Shown here in pieces: positions 28,590 to 37,789 of a stretch of 64,000 bases of DNA. Numbering within the stretch: position 1 is the stretch's first letter; the number at the start of each line of letters is the position of its first letter. The DNA comes from Blastocatellia bacterium AA13. GTDB lineage: Bacteria; Acidobacteriota; Blastocatellia; UBA7656. The notes under the pieces were generated by a model. The model was not told where the DNA came from. It did not search any database and saw only the letters and a program-made list of their open reading frames with translations. The stretch covers positions 24,650 to 88,649 of the forward strand of contig QHVH01000031.1 of NCBI GenBank assembly GCA_003222245.1. Direction: 5' to 3'. Both the position numbers and the translations under genes were made by a program.

Positions 28590-28900
28590 CTTGGGCGGGG
28601 AATCAAATCCTCCCTCGCACCGGGGGCTGCGCTTCGCTGACCCCCGGCTACTGGCGCGTTCCCTTTCAGGGAACAATCCCAAGAAAAAGATTCAAATCCC
28701 TGCGTTCGTTCTGGAACCAAATGCTCCCTCGCACCGGGGGCTGCGCTTCGCTCGCCCCCGGCTACTGACGCGTTCCCGTTCAGGGAACAATCTGAAATTA
28801 TCCAACCTTCGATGTTTCTCGTTCTGGAAATAAATTCTCCTTCGTACCGGGGGCTGCGCTTCGCTGGCCCGCTGCTATCCCGCTAGTCCCGGTAGCGTGT
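28590..28900. repeat. tandem array (about 2.7 copies, 114-bp period) of a novel two-hairpin repeat
   Basis: Unit starts fall at about 28611, 28725 and 28839. The core is TCCCTCGCACCGGGGGCTGCGCTTCGCTGACCCCCGGCTACTGGCGCGTTCCCTTTCAGGGAACAATC. The third copy diverges after CGCTTCGCTGGCCC. The inter-core segments share CGTTCTGGAA. Confidence 0.75.
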
Positions 28901-28963
28901 TGATTGACGGTATTCGAGTCAGAGAATAGAATCTTCCCGGCTCTGAGTGGATACGGAGGCCGA

Positions 28964-30256
28964 ATGCTACAGCCGCAGTTGATTACTGAATCTGAGTTGA
29001 ATAAAGCAAGGGAGCTCCTCACCGCTCTCAAACGGTTCGCCATGTCCGGGGAACTGAGAAAAGAGTTTGAACTATCGCTTAGCGATTCACTGGATATCGA
29101 TCAGCCTCCTGACATGCACGAGACGGAAGCCTTGCGGGATTGGTTCACCTTCGAATGGTTGGACGACGACGACAACGGCGTGATTGATCGCTTTATAAGC
29201 GAAGGCAACCTGTCCACGGACGAGAATGACTTGCTTCTGGATTGGGTTGACTCGTTCTCCGGAGTCTTTGAAGTACAGGTCGCCACTCGCAGCTCGATTC
29301 GCGTGCGGGATCTCGAGACCGGAGATCTCTACGAGATTATTCCCGATGCGACGACCGATACATCGTCGCTCAGACATGGACAGTTTGTTAACGCACGGTT
29401 GCTGCTACTGGGTGATCGCTTCATTTTCTCGTATCCGCCAATGCTCATGCCCAATCGAAGCGCGGCTATCGAAGCCGTTCAGAGAAATCGCATTTACAAC
29501 TCCCTGAACTCGCCCGAGGTTCACGAAGAGATGATCGGGGAGATTCGCGAAGCGTTCTGCGAGTATTTCGGATCGGACGAGACAACGGTCACTCCAGAGG
29601 CGCTCTCCGAGACGATCCAAGGGTTTATCAAATACATGTTCTTCGTCCGCCTCGACCCGGAAACCGACACGACGATGGCGGAATCCTTCAAATCCCAGTT
29701 CAATGAAGACCTGTGGATTCCCGCGCTGGGCCCAATGCCGCCCGAGATCTCGAATGCCAGCGAAGTTACAATCCTCTGTGACGAGTTTGACGGGATAATG
29801 TTCCTTCCGGAGTACTCGCTCTTTAAAAGAGTTTTTGAGACACCGAATCCCAACTCGCTCGTACCCGCGTGGCGTGAGCTCGTTTGGGCTTACATAAAAG
29901 ATCCAGCCATTCCGACGGCAGCCTTCGAGCGGGTCGCAGAAAAGCACCCGAAACGAATGGAAAAGATAATGAGCGAGCTCCTCGAAGAAGAGGACTTTTC
30001 CATTAACCATCTCTATTGCGCCCTCCTTCACTTTAAAGAGCCCGCCGAAGGTTTTGACGACCTCAAAGACGATGAGAAGCTCTGGGATCTCTTCGACGGT
30101 CAGAAAAAAATGGCCAAGGCCGTCAAAGCGCCCTCGACGGCAGCGAAGTCGAAATCAACCCGCGCTCGCGGCGCGAAACCGGCTTCAGGCCGCGCGCGAG
30201 TGACAGCTTCCCCGGCCGCCGGAGGAACGAGAAAGAAAACCAGAGCCCGATCGTAG
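28964..30256 (+). CDS. hypothetical acidic protein with a Lys/Ala/Arg-rich histone-H1-like C-terminal tail
   Basis: ATG at 28964 has GGAGG 4 nt upstream. The ORF track's TTG at 28904 would read through the repeat array. The body is acidic (WLDDDDNG, EEEDF) and the tail reads KKMAKAVKAPSTAAKSKSTRARGAKPASGRARV...RKKTRARS. Confidence 0.6.
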   Translation: MLQPQLITESELNKARELLTALKRFAMSGELRKEFELSLSDSLDIDQPPDMHETEALRDWFTFEWLDDDDNGVIDRFISEGNLSTDENDLLLDWVDSFSGVFEVQVATRSSIRVRDLETGDLYEIIPDATTDTSSLRHGQFVNARLLLLGDRFIFSYPPMLMPNRSAAIEAVQRNRIYNSLNSPEVHEEMIGEIREAFCEYFGSDETTVTPEALSETIQGFIKYMFFVRLDPETDTTMAESFKSQFNEDLWIPALGPMPPEISNASEVTILCDEFDGIMFLPEYSLFKRVFETPNPNSLVPAWRELVWAYIKDPAIPTAAFERVAEKHPKRMEKIMSELLEEEDFSINHLYCALLHFKEPAEGFDDLKDDEKLWDLFDGQKKMAKAVKAPSTAAKSKSTRARGAKPASGRARVTASPAAGGTRKKTRARS

Positions 30257-30283
30257 CCGCCCGTTTCTCCGGATTGGAGAGTC

Positions 30284-30967
30284 ATGACCGCCCTTCTAGT
30301 AGCGAGCATCCTCTTGATCAGCTTCGGGGGCATCGCCTTTTTCCGGCGGAACCGTCATCTCGATTCGGAACAGCCGCTGCTCGACGCAGCCCCGCCTTAC
30401 TCGGGCTTATTCGGAGATCAAGAGCCGCCAGCCGCCGAAATAGAGGACGCGAAATCAGCACGCTTAAAGTTAAAAGAGGCGCTTGTCGAAAGGCTGCGGG
30501 CTGGGGATGTGACGGCGCTCGAAGAAGCTAACCGTCTGGCGGATCGTTCCATTTACGAGAATGCAGCCGATGCGGCCATCGAAATATTTCAACAGCGTCA
30601 GGGCGGGCTGAAACCTCTCGTCTGCTGCATCGTACAGAGTAAGGAATTGCGGGCGACACCAAGGCTCGCACAGGCTGTATTGAAACAATGGCAAGACTCT
30701 CCCGAAGCTATATCGGCGCCCGACGTACTCCACATCTCCGCTCTTTCGGACGACGCATCTACATTTCAAGACGCGATGAAGGAATTGCTTTCGTATCATC
30801 GCGTCCGGCCGTTTCTTCCCTACGACAAATTGCGTGCTCTGATCGAGAGCGAGTACTGGGTACTGTCGTCGGACGCCCGCCGATCTCCCGCCGGCTTTTT
30901 GCTGAAGGAGGAAATCGCCGCGATTCGGCGCGAGGCCGAAAAGAATGCTTCGCATGTCGAAGGCTGA
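30284..30967 (+). CDS. hypothetical membrane-anchored protein
   Basis: One N-terminal transmembrane helix (ALLVASILLISFGGIAFF), then a soluble domain of about 200 aa. It lies 28 nt after the preceding gene. Confidence 0.55.
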   Translation: MTALLVASILLISFGGIAFFRRNRHLDSEQPLLDAAPPYSGLFGDQEPPAAEIEDAKSARLKLKEALVERLRAGDVTALEEANRLADRSIYENAADAAIEIFQQRQGGLKPLVCCIVQSKELRATPRLAQAVLKQWQDSPEAISAPDVLHISALSDDASTFQDAMKELLSYHRVRPFLPYDKLRALIESEYWVLSSDARRSPAGFLLKEEIAAIRREAEKNASHVEG

Positions 30968-30997
30968 GATCTTGATGATCTCTACAAGAAAGGATCT

Positions 30998-33004
30998 ATG
31001 AACAGAGACGCTTCAAATTTTCTCCCCGTAATCATGCTGGGATTCATCGCATTCGTAATCCTGGTCTACATACTGCGCAAAATTCTAGTCAACGTAGGCG
31101 CGAGAGAGATCGCTATTAAAGAGCGGCGCTACTTTGGCAGGCGGATGCCGCCCGGCCGAGTCGTCGCCACTGAAGGCGAGGTGGGTATTCAGGCAGACGT
31201 GCTGAAACCCGGTCTTCACGTCATCAAATATCCTTTCGAGCGCGTCGTGCGCAAAGTGCCGCTCATCGAAATCAGAACCGATGAAATAGGCGTGGTCGAA
31301 GCGGTTGACGGCGATCCCCTTCCCCCGGGCCGGGTGTTCGCCCCCGATCGAGCGCAAAACGCTCACAATAACTTCCAGGACCCCATTGCTTTTATCAAAA
31401 GGGGCGGCGTAAAAGGCATTCAGTTGAGAACGCTCCCGCCGGGCTTATGGCCGATTCACCCTTATCTGTTCAGGCTTTCGATATCCAAAGTGACTATGAT
31501 CCCTCCCGGAAAAATCGGAGTAGTCACCACCGCCGACGGCGCTCCGCTGGATGCCGGGCGGCTGCTGGGCAAGGCTGCGCCGGGACATCTCAATTTTCAG
31601 GACGCGGAACAATTCATTTCGGGCGGCGGACAGAAAGGGTCTCAGGTCGAGATATTGACCCCCGGCACATATCGAATCCTGACGGACTCGATTCCCATCG
31701 ACGCCAGTCAGGGCGAGCGCAAGCCGGGGCTCTTCACGGTGCGCCTGTACGAGGCAACGGTCATCGGCGAGAATCAGGTGGCGCTTGTCGAAGCTGTCGA
31801 TGGCTCGCCGCTCAACCCGCGCGACTACGTTGCGGCGACGCTCGACGGCCATGACAATTTTCAGGACGGGCACGAGTTCATCGCTCGCGGAGGGCAGCGC
31901 GGTCCCGCGGCTGAAGCCGCCAAACGCCTGGATAAGCTCGGCGAAGACGATCGCACAATGAAGGAGATCGAAGAAGAGATTATGTCGACCGATCCGGCCG
32001 ATCGGCGGCTTGATGAAGGCGCGCACGAGGCCTATGTCGTTCCCGACGGCTACAGAGGCATACAGGAAACCGTAGTCGGGCCGGGCCGGTACTACGTCAA
32101 CACTCTCGCGATCACGCCGATAATCATTCCGACTACCAATCAGACCGTTGAATGGACCTCCGGAGAGGTCGCCAACACCTTCAATCCGTTTGAAGTCATC
32201 TCCAAGGACGGCTTCTCGATGCAGCTCGAGGTACGCGTCGTATTCCGGGTGAAGCCCGAAGACGCTCCGTTCATGGTGGCGAAGATCGGCTCGATCGACC
32301 GCCTTATTCAAAACGTGATGCATCCGCTGATCGATTCGATTTTCCGCAACCAGGCTTCTGAATCGTCCGCGATGGCCTATCTGCAAAATCGACACGAAGA
32401 GCAGGAGCGGGCTGAGGCTCGGGTTCGCGCTCATCTGCTCAAGTACCACGTCGACGTGGTAAACGTCTTAATCTGTCACATACATCTTCCGGAAGAGTTG
32501 ATGAAGACTCAGACCGAGAAGATTCTCGCCGAGCAGCGACAGAACATGTTCAACGCTCAACGCGAAGCGGAACAGAAGCGCATCGAGCTCGAAAAGACTC
32601 GCGCTCACGCCGACAACCAGCGTGACTTAATGGCGGCAACCGTGGGCGTCGAGATCGCAGGCAAACGCGCGGAGCAGCGCAAGGCCGAGGGTGATGGCGA
32701 GGCCCACTACATTCTTGCTACCGGCAAGGCGGAAGCCGAAAAGGTAAGGCTGATGGGAGAGGCGCAGGGTGTCGCATATCGCGAACAGGTCGCGGCTCTC
32801 GGCGCGCAAGGTGTTTCGGTGATCGAAACGCTTCGAGTCATCGGCGAGAAAAACGTTCGCATAACTCCTGACGTATTGGCGTCGGGAGGCGGCTCGGGAG
32901 ACGGAACAGGCGGGCTCGGGACGCTGCTGCTGTTGAATCTCTTCCGCGAAAAGATCACGGGATCGCCAACATCGGACAACGGCAGCATGCTTGCTGGAAA
33001 GTAA
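30998..33004 (+). CDS. SPFH/band-7 (flotillin-like) membrane protein with three N-terminal NFQD-containing repeats and a C-terminal coiled-coil
   Basis: N-terminal transmembrane helix (FLPVIMLGFIAFVILVYIL). Three repeats of about 95 aa each carry NFQD...F(I/A).GG..G.Q...L.PG.Y. An SPFH-like block follows (EVRVVFRVKPEDAPFMVAKIGSIDRLIQNVMHPLIDSIFRN), then an EA-rich coiled-coil. Confidence 0.7.
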   Translation: MNRDASNFLPVIMLGFIAFVILVYILRKILVNVGAREIAIKERRYFGRRMPPGRVVATEGEVGIQADVLKPGLHVIKYPFERVVRKVPLIEIRTDEIGVVEAVDGDPLPPGRVFAPDRAQNAHNNFQDPIAFIKRGGVKGIQLRTLPPGLWPIHPYLFRLSISKVTMIPPGKIGVVTTADGAPLDAGRLLGKAAPGHLNFQDAEQFISGGGQKGSQVEILTPGTYRILTDSIPIDASQGERKPGLFTVRLYEATVIGENQVALVEAVDGSPLNPRDYVAATLDGHDNFQDGHEFIARGGQRGPAAEAAKRLDKLGEDDRTMKEIEEEIMSTDPADRRLDEGAHEAYVVPDGYRGIQETVVGPGRYYVNTLAITPIIIPTTNQTVEWTSGEVANTFNPFEVISKDGFSMQLEVRVVFRVKPEDAPFMVAKIGSIDRLIQNVMHPLIDSIFRNQASESSAMAYLQNRHEEQERAEARVRAHLLKYHVDVVNVLICHIHLPEELMKTQTEKILAEQRQNMFNAQREAEQKRIELEKTRAHADNQRDLMAATVGVEIAGKRAEQRKAEGDGEAHYILATGKAEAEKVRLMGEAQGVAYREQVAALGAQGVSVIETLRVIGEKNVRITPDVLASGGGSGDGTGGLGTLLLLNLFREKITGSPTSDNGSMLAGK

Positions 33005-33067
33005 CTCGAAAAATGTATCAGCCTTATGAGATGAAGAGGCTCAGAGGCGGAATCGGCACTCCGGGCG

Positions 33068-33118
33068 GCAGGTTCGCTGACGAATCGCCGCCCGGAGTTC
33101 TGTCTACAGATTGAGATT
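33068..33118. terminator. candidate bidirectional terminator hairpin between convergent genes
   Basis: A 12-bp perfect stem ACTCCGGGCGGC/GCCGCCCGGAGT with a 17-nt loop lies between the flotillin stop (33004, plus) and the nitrilase stop (33206, minus). The flanks are only weakly T-rich. Confidence 0.35.
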
Positions 33119-33205
33119 CATATATTCCGGTGCGACATAGGCATAGATAGTTACGCCTGAATTGATAAACCCAAGTTCGGCAAACGCCGCCCGAAACTGC
33201 TTGTT

Positions 33206-34120
33206 CTATCTTCCAGCCTCGAACAAGTCCGGACGCGAATAGTGTCCCGTAACATCGAGAGTAAGGCTCTCCTCCGCGATAAGCGAAAGGTCCAGATCCG
33301 CCGTCAATATTGTTTCTTCTTCATAGACCGGCCCGGCCAAAAGAGTCCCGTTTGGACCGATGATGGCGCTCCCTCCGTTCAGTACAAGGGCGTTCGGATC
33401 CTGAGCCAATTTATCGATCAGCTCGAGCTCGCCTGGAAGATCACGAGCGCGCAGAATCGCGCCGGTCGCAATAACGAAGCAGCGTCCTTCGAAAGCATAA
33501 TGCCGGCTCGCGATCAGATTCATCTCCTTGACCCGCGGCCACGCGGCTATGTGAATATCTTCGCCCGAGCAGTGAAGCACCTGTCGCGCGAGGGGCATCC
33601 AGTGCTCCCAACATATCAAGCCTCCGACGCGTCCAGCTTTGGTTGTAACGGCATGAAGGCTCTTGCCGTCTCCCTTACCCCAGATCATTCGCTCGGTGTA
33701 AGTAGGCATGATTTTTCTATGACTGTTCAGCAGCGATCCATCGCTCCCAAACGTCAGCATAGTGTTATAGAGGGTGCCCCTCCCGGGACCATCCACTACA
33801 CGCTCGTGAACGCTGATATTGAGTACGACTCCGTGTTCGCGCGCGGCCGCGCCAAGCGCCTCGGTGACCGGACTCGGCACGATCACGCTGTTTTCCATCA
33901 ATCGCGCGTAGATCTTCTTTACCGGTGCATGATCCCACAGAGCTACGTCTCTGCAGCAATCCAGCCACGCTGGATAACCCGGCAGCCATGTTTCGGGAAA
34001 CGCGATCAACTCCGCGCCCATAGAGGCAGCTTGGGCAATCAGCGATATAGCCTTTTCAAGGGAAGCTTCGAGATTGAGATATACAGGCTCGGCTTGCACC
34101 GCCGCGGCTTTGATATTCAT
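33206..34120 (-). CDS. carbon-nitrogen hydrolase (nitrilase/cyanide hydratase family)
   Basis: The [11 protein letters not shown] (Glu) and [11 protein letters not shown] (catalytic Cys) signatures of the nitrilase superfamily are present. Confidence 0.85.
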   Translation of the reverse strand: MNIKAAAVQAEPVYLNLEASLEKAISLIAQAASMGAELIAFPETWLPGYPAWLDCCRDVALWDHAPVKKIYARLMENSVIVPSPVTEALGAAAREHGVVLNISVHERVVDGPGRGTLYNTMLTFGSDGSLLNSHRKIMPTYTERMIWGKGDGKSLHAVTTKAGRVGGLICWEHWMPLARQVLHCSGEDIHIAAWPRVKEMNLIASRHYAFEGRCFVIATGAILRARDLPGELELIDKLAQDPNALVLNGGSAIIGPNGTLLAGPVYEEETILTADLDLSLIAEESLTLDVTGHYSRPDLFEAGR

Positions 34121-34191
34121 TCAGCACCCTCGATATGCGGCTTTAACTGGAGCGGGCAGGCGTTTGAAAAGCAAAGAGAGTCGAGCGAGAG

Positions 34192-34494
34192 TTAACCGCC
34201 TATGATCTTCGGAACTTTGAAGAATCCGGCTTCGGGATCGGGAGCATTAGCGGTCGCCGCCTGTTGACCTATTCCTGGCCTAACTACATCGTCGCGAAGA
34301 GCGTCATTAGAATCCTCGCCGGAAATCCGGCAATAAGACATCGGCAGCACGCCGGTTGTATCGACCTCATTCAGCTTCTCGACATATGAAAGAATCGACC
34401 CGAGTTGTTTCGTGAATGACTCCGTCTCATCCGCGGTCAATTCCAGCCTCGCTAGCTCCGCGATCTTCTCGACGTCGCTTTGTGTGATCGGCAT
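34192..34494 (-). CDS. gatC: Asp-tRNA(Asn)/Glu-tRNA(Gln) amidotransferase subunit C
   Basis: Conserved GatC block: SDVEKIAELARLELTADETESFTKQLGSILSYVEKLNEVDTTGV. Confidence 0.85.
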   Translation of the reverse strand: MPITQSDVEKIAELARLELTADETESFTKQLGSILSYVEKLNEVDTTGVLPMSYCRISGEDSNDALRDDVVRPGIGQQAATANAPDPEAGFFKVPKIIGG

Positions 34495-34619
34495 GAAGTT
34501 TCCTCGCTCTCAACGGCCCCGATTATAGGTAGAGCCAGATACGCTATCAAGATATGGTTGATGCATCGGGCTGCTCTTTCCTTACGTGCGCGTGCGCAGT
34601 CAGCCCGCTCTTCTCAAAA

Positions 34620-37331
34620 TCATTTCGATCTTGGATCCATCCTCACCAGCAGCGGCTGAGTAAAGCCGCGGCCGCCCACCGTGAGCTTCACCGTATACTG
34701 CCCTGGAATCGCAAGCTGAATTAGTCCGCGCCCTCCGAGGCCGCCTCCTCCACCCGCTCCCCGCGCTCCGCGATCCGCGGGAGTCGGACGAAGATCCCAC
34801 ACCCACCGATGCATTCCTGCCGCGGCCGGCAGGCTGCGAGGCGTCGGTCTCCACGAGATTGGGATGTTCAACGTATCCGGATTTACGGGAGGTATGCGGT
34901 CTTCACTGGAGTAGCGGCGAATAACCGAGCCCGCCGAATCCAGCACTTCGATCACCACGGGACCAGAAGCGTCGTCCTTCAAATAGTAGTCGATCATCGC
35001 TCCTGACGGAGGATTCTCCGCTAACGGCTCATCGCGGGGCTGTGGTGTTCCGTCTTCGGACCCGGGCGGGATGTTGAACGCATCGGCGGGCCGGAAGAGA
35101 TATGCTCCGGCTCTTGCGATCTCGTCATTGATCTGGCGCAGCGGAGTAATATTGTCGAGGACCCAGAATCCGCGGCCGTGAGTGGCTACGATCAGGTCGT
35201 CCTCGTGAATGGCCAAATCACGCATCGAGCAGGGAGGCAGGTTGAGTTGCAGAGATTGCCAGTGCTCTCCATCGTCAAATGAGACGAACACGCCGAGCTC
35301 GGTTCCCGCGAAGAGCAAACCCGGTCTCTTCAGGTCGGATTTAACCGTTTGCATGTATACGCCGGCTGGAAGCCCGTTCGTAATCTTCCGCCAGGTCTTC
35401 CCGCTGTCTTTTGTTCGGTAGATATAGGGCTCGTTGTCTTCGAGCCGGTGACGATCAACGGCGGCATAAGCTTCATTGGCGTCAAAGCGCGACGCATCCA
35501 TCATCACTATCTTGCTCCAGGCCGTGAGCTCCGGCGGAGTCACATTCTGCCAGGTTTTCCCATCGTCCTTCGTGAGATGAATCAGGCCGTCGTCGCTGCC
35601 GACCCAGATCGTAGCCGGGTGGAGCGGCGAGGGCGCAATTGTGTAGATGACGCCCCGTCTTTTTTCTTTGGGCGCATCCGCGGCCGTTGCTTCGTCGAGA
35701 TTAGGAGGAACACCGGGATCCTCCCGCGTCAGATCCTGGCTTATCTGAGTCCAGCTCTCGCCGCCATTAGTAGTCTTGAACAAGAACTGATTGCTGAAAT
35801 AAAGCGAGCGTGGATCGGCTTGAGAGAAGACAAGAGGAAGAGTCCAGGTGTGTCTTGCTGGAACCGTCATCGTTCGTTCGGGCGAGACATTCCTGGTTTC
35901 GCCGGTCACGGAATTCCATCGATCAACCCGGCCTCCGAATAGAATATCGGGATGCAACGGATCGGGAGCGGTGTAATCAGATTCGCCTCCGGCGCCTACA
36001 GGAATCCAATCGTGCGTTGAAATTTCAGCCCGGATGCTGCGAGTCGGCACGCCGACCGAGCCGCTGTCCTGCTGCGAGCCGGTAACCCAGTACGGAAATC
36101 GATTATCGGCCGCGACGTGATAGATCTCGGCTGTCGGCTGGTTGTACCAGGAGCTCCACGTCTGCGCTCCGTCTTCAGTGACGATTGCGCCCTGATCGCT
36201 CCCGAGTACCATTCGATTGGGATCATCCGGATAAATCCAGAGTTGATGATAATCGTCTCCGCCCGGAGCGCCTTTAATCGCAGTCCAGCTCTTGCCCGCA
36301 TCGCTCGATCGATAGAGCGAGGTGTTGGATACATAAATTACATCGGGGTTCTTGGGATCTACGGTGACTTTGCAGAAATACCAGCCTCTTCCAAAAATCC
36401 TGGCATCTCCCGAGATCTTCGTCCAGTTTGCGCCGCCGTCGCTCGAGCTATACAGACCGCCCTCTTTGGCGTCTACGATCGCATAAACACGATTGTGATT
36501 CGTCGGGGCTGTTGCAATTCCGATATGACCAAGCCCTTCGGTTGGCATTCCATCAGTCAACTGCTGCCACGTTGCGCCGCCGTCGGTGGACTTAAATAGG
36601 CCGCTGCCGGGTCCGTATGAGGGAGGATAGATACTCCACGGCGGCCTGCGAGTATTCCATAGCGACGCATAAATAATCTGAGAGTTTTGAGAATCAAATG
36701 CGAGATCGATTGCGCCTGTATTGTCATTCTTGAAGAGCACCTTTTGCCAGGTCACGCCGCCGTCGCGTGAACGATAGATGCCTCGATCCGGATTCGCACC
36801 GTAGACATGTCCGAGCGCCGCGACGAATACAATGTTCGGATTCCGAGGGTCGATCGCGATCTTTCCGATTTGTCGCGTGTTGTCGAGCCCTATATGAGAC
36901 CAGGTCCTGCCCGAGTCCGTGGATTTGTACATTCCGTTGCCGTAGGAAATCTGCGATCGCATATCGGCTTCGCCGGTTCCCACGTAGACGATGTTTGTCG
37001 CCGAAGGCGCCACCGCTATCGCGCCGATCGACGCGACTGGCTGTGAGTCGAAGATCGGGGCCCAGGTCCTTCCTGAGTTCGTCGACTTCCATACGCCTCC
37101 GCCGACCGATCCGAAATAAAAGTGCGTGGGCTGACCAGGCACTCCGCTTACGGCGTTCACGCGGCCGGCGCGGAACGGGCCGATCATTCTCCAGTGCAAT
37201 TCGGAATAAGTGCTCGCGGGATACTGCTGAGCATTTGCCGGCGCGTGCAACGAGAAGAGGTATGCAGCAAGTACGAAAAACAATCCTAAGAACCGCGAGC
37301 TACGCAAATGAATTCGGTGCAATTCAAGCAT
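34620..37331 (-). CDS. secreted BNR/Asp-box repeat protein (two beta-propellers; sortilin/VPS10- or GH74-like)
   Basis: Signal peptide plus 11 Asp-boxes: STNSGRTW, STDSGRTW, SRDGGVTW, STDGGATW, SSDGGANW, SSDAGKSW, TEDGAQTW, TTNGGESW, TKDDGKTW, TKDSGKTW and SFDDGEHW. Confidence 0.8.
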   Translation of the reverse strand: MLELHRIHLRSSRFLGLFFVLAAYLFSLHAPANAQQYPASTYSELHWRMIGPFRAGRVNAVSGVPGQPTHFYFGSVGGGVWKSTNSGRTWAPIFDSQPVASIGAIAVAPSATNIVYVGTGEADMRSQISYGNGMYKSTDSGRTWSHIGLDNTRQIGKIAIDPRNPNIVFVAALGHVYGANPDRGIYRSRDGGVTWQKVLFKNDNTGAIDLAFDSQNSQIIYASLWNTRRPPWSIYPPSYGPGSGLFKSTDGGATWQQLTDGMPTEGLGHIGIATAPTNHNRVYAIVDAKEGGLYSSSDGGANWTKISGDARIFGRGWYFCKVTVDPKNPDVIYVSNTSLYRSSDAGKSWTAIKGAPGGDDYHQLWIYPDDPNRMVLGSDQGAIVTEDGAQTWSSWYNQPTAEIYHVAADNRFPYWVTGSQQDSGSVGVPTRSIRAEISTHDWIPVGAGGESDYTAPDPLHPDILFGGRVDRWNSVTGETRNVSPERTMTVPARHTWTLPLVFSQADPRSLYFSNQFLFKTTNGGESWTQISQDLTREDPGVPPNLDEATAADAPKEKRRGVIYTIAPSPLHPATIWVGSDDGLIHLTKDDGKTWQNVTPPELTAWSKIVMMDASRFDANEAYAAVDRHRLEDNEPYIYRTKDSGKTWRKITNGLPAGVYMQTVKSDLKRPGLLFAGTELGVFVSFDDGEHWQSLQLNLPPCSMRDLAIHEDDLIVATHGRGFWVLDNITPLRQINDEIARAGAYLFRPADAFNIPPGSEDGTPQPRDEPLAENPPSGAMIDYYLKDDASGPVVIEVLDSAGSVIRRYSSEDRIPPVNPDTLNIPISWRPTPRSLPAAAGMHRWVWDLRPTPADRGARGAGGGGGLGGRGLIQLAIPGQYTVKLTVGGRGFTQPLLVRMDPRSK

Positions 37332-37465
37332 CGGGGCCGCTCCTTTTTTCGCTGATTTGTCGAAGCATACAAAAGCGTGCGCAAAGCTACAACCGCCGCT
37401 GAAGGCTCTCTATTATGCCGGCATAGAAAATGTGATGCTGAGCACGTTTTTAGGAACGAATGTTA

Positions 37466-37494
37466 TTGACATTCCCCACGAGTGCTGCTAGTCT
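37466..37494 (+). promoter_or_regulatory. sigma70-like promoter (TTGACA-17-TAGTCT) about 295 nt upstream of the PHI-1-like gene
   Basis: TTGACA at 37466-37471 and TAGTCT at 37489-37494 are separated by a 17-nt spacer. Confidence 0.35.
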
Positions 37495-37789
37495 CGCTCC
37501 ACCTGAATAGGGGAGTTGCATTGTGTTTCGCACTCGTGCAGCTTCTCAGAGAAGAAAAGGGGAGTCCAAAACAAGATTCAGGCGTAGGCACAGAAACCCG
37601 GTAAACCGTAATGCCGCTCGGCTGCACGGTCGTTTTCGTCACAATCGTTAGTTTGTTTTTCGATAACTGCTTTTGGTGGAATCAGGATAGGTCTGTCCGC
37701 GCAGATAGGCGGCAGTATCTGTCGATTTCTAAAAAGGCCGTTACGAATAGCTTCCAGTAACAGAAAAAATCAATTTTGGAGGATTAGCG

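Noticed and set aside
28590-28900. CRISPR array (regular repeats with intervening sequence)
   Set aside because: The period is a single 114-bp unit whose 'spacers' are themselves conserved (CGTTCTGGAA...). The repeats are far longer than CRISPR repeats (roughly 28-37 bp). There are only about 2.7 copies, and no cas genes occur anywhere in the window.
24649-28900. Integron-type cassette array with attC sites (co-oriented cassettes, TA genes, imperfect-palindrome repeats of about 115 bp resembling VCR-like attC)
   Set aside because: The repeat lacks the attC core and inverse-core consensus (GTTRRRY / RYYYAAC): GTTCCCT and AGGGAAC do not fit. There is no repeat between each gene, and no intI. 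I keep it only as a remote possibility under the repeat finding.
28904-28963. TTG start at 28904 for the first gene of the three-gene cluster (as in the ORF track)
   Set aside because: It would begin translation inside the third repeat unit. The ATG at 28964 with GGAGG 4 nt upstream is a much better initiation site.
31445-32449. 334-aa minus-strand ORF
   Set aside because: It lies entirely antisense within the flotillin/SPFH gene. It is Arg/Asp-rich with no motifs, a high-GC shadow ORF. The same reasoning applies to the antisense ORFs at 58374..59279, 45703..46389, 10451..11131, 9351..10253, 1094..1570 and 5832..6482.
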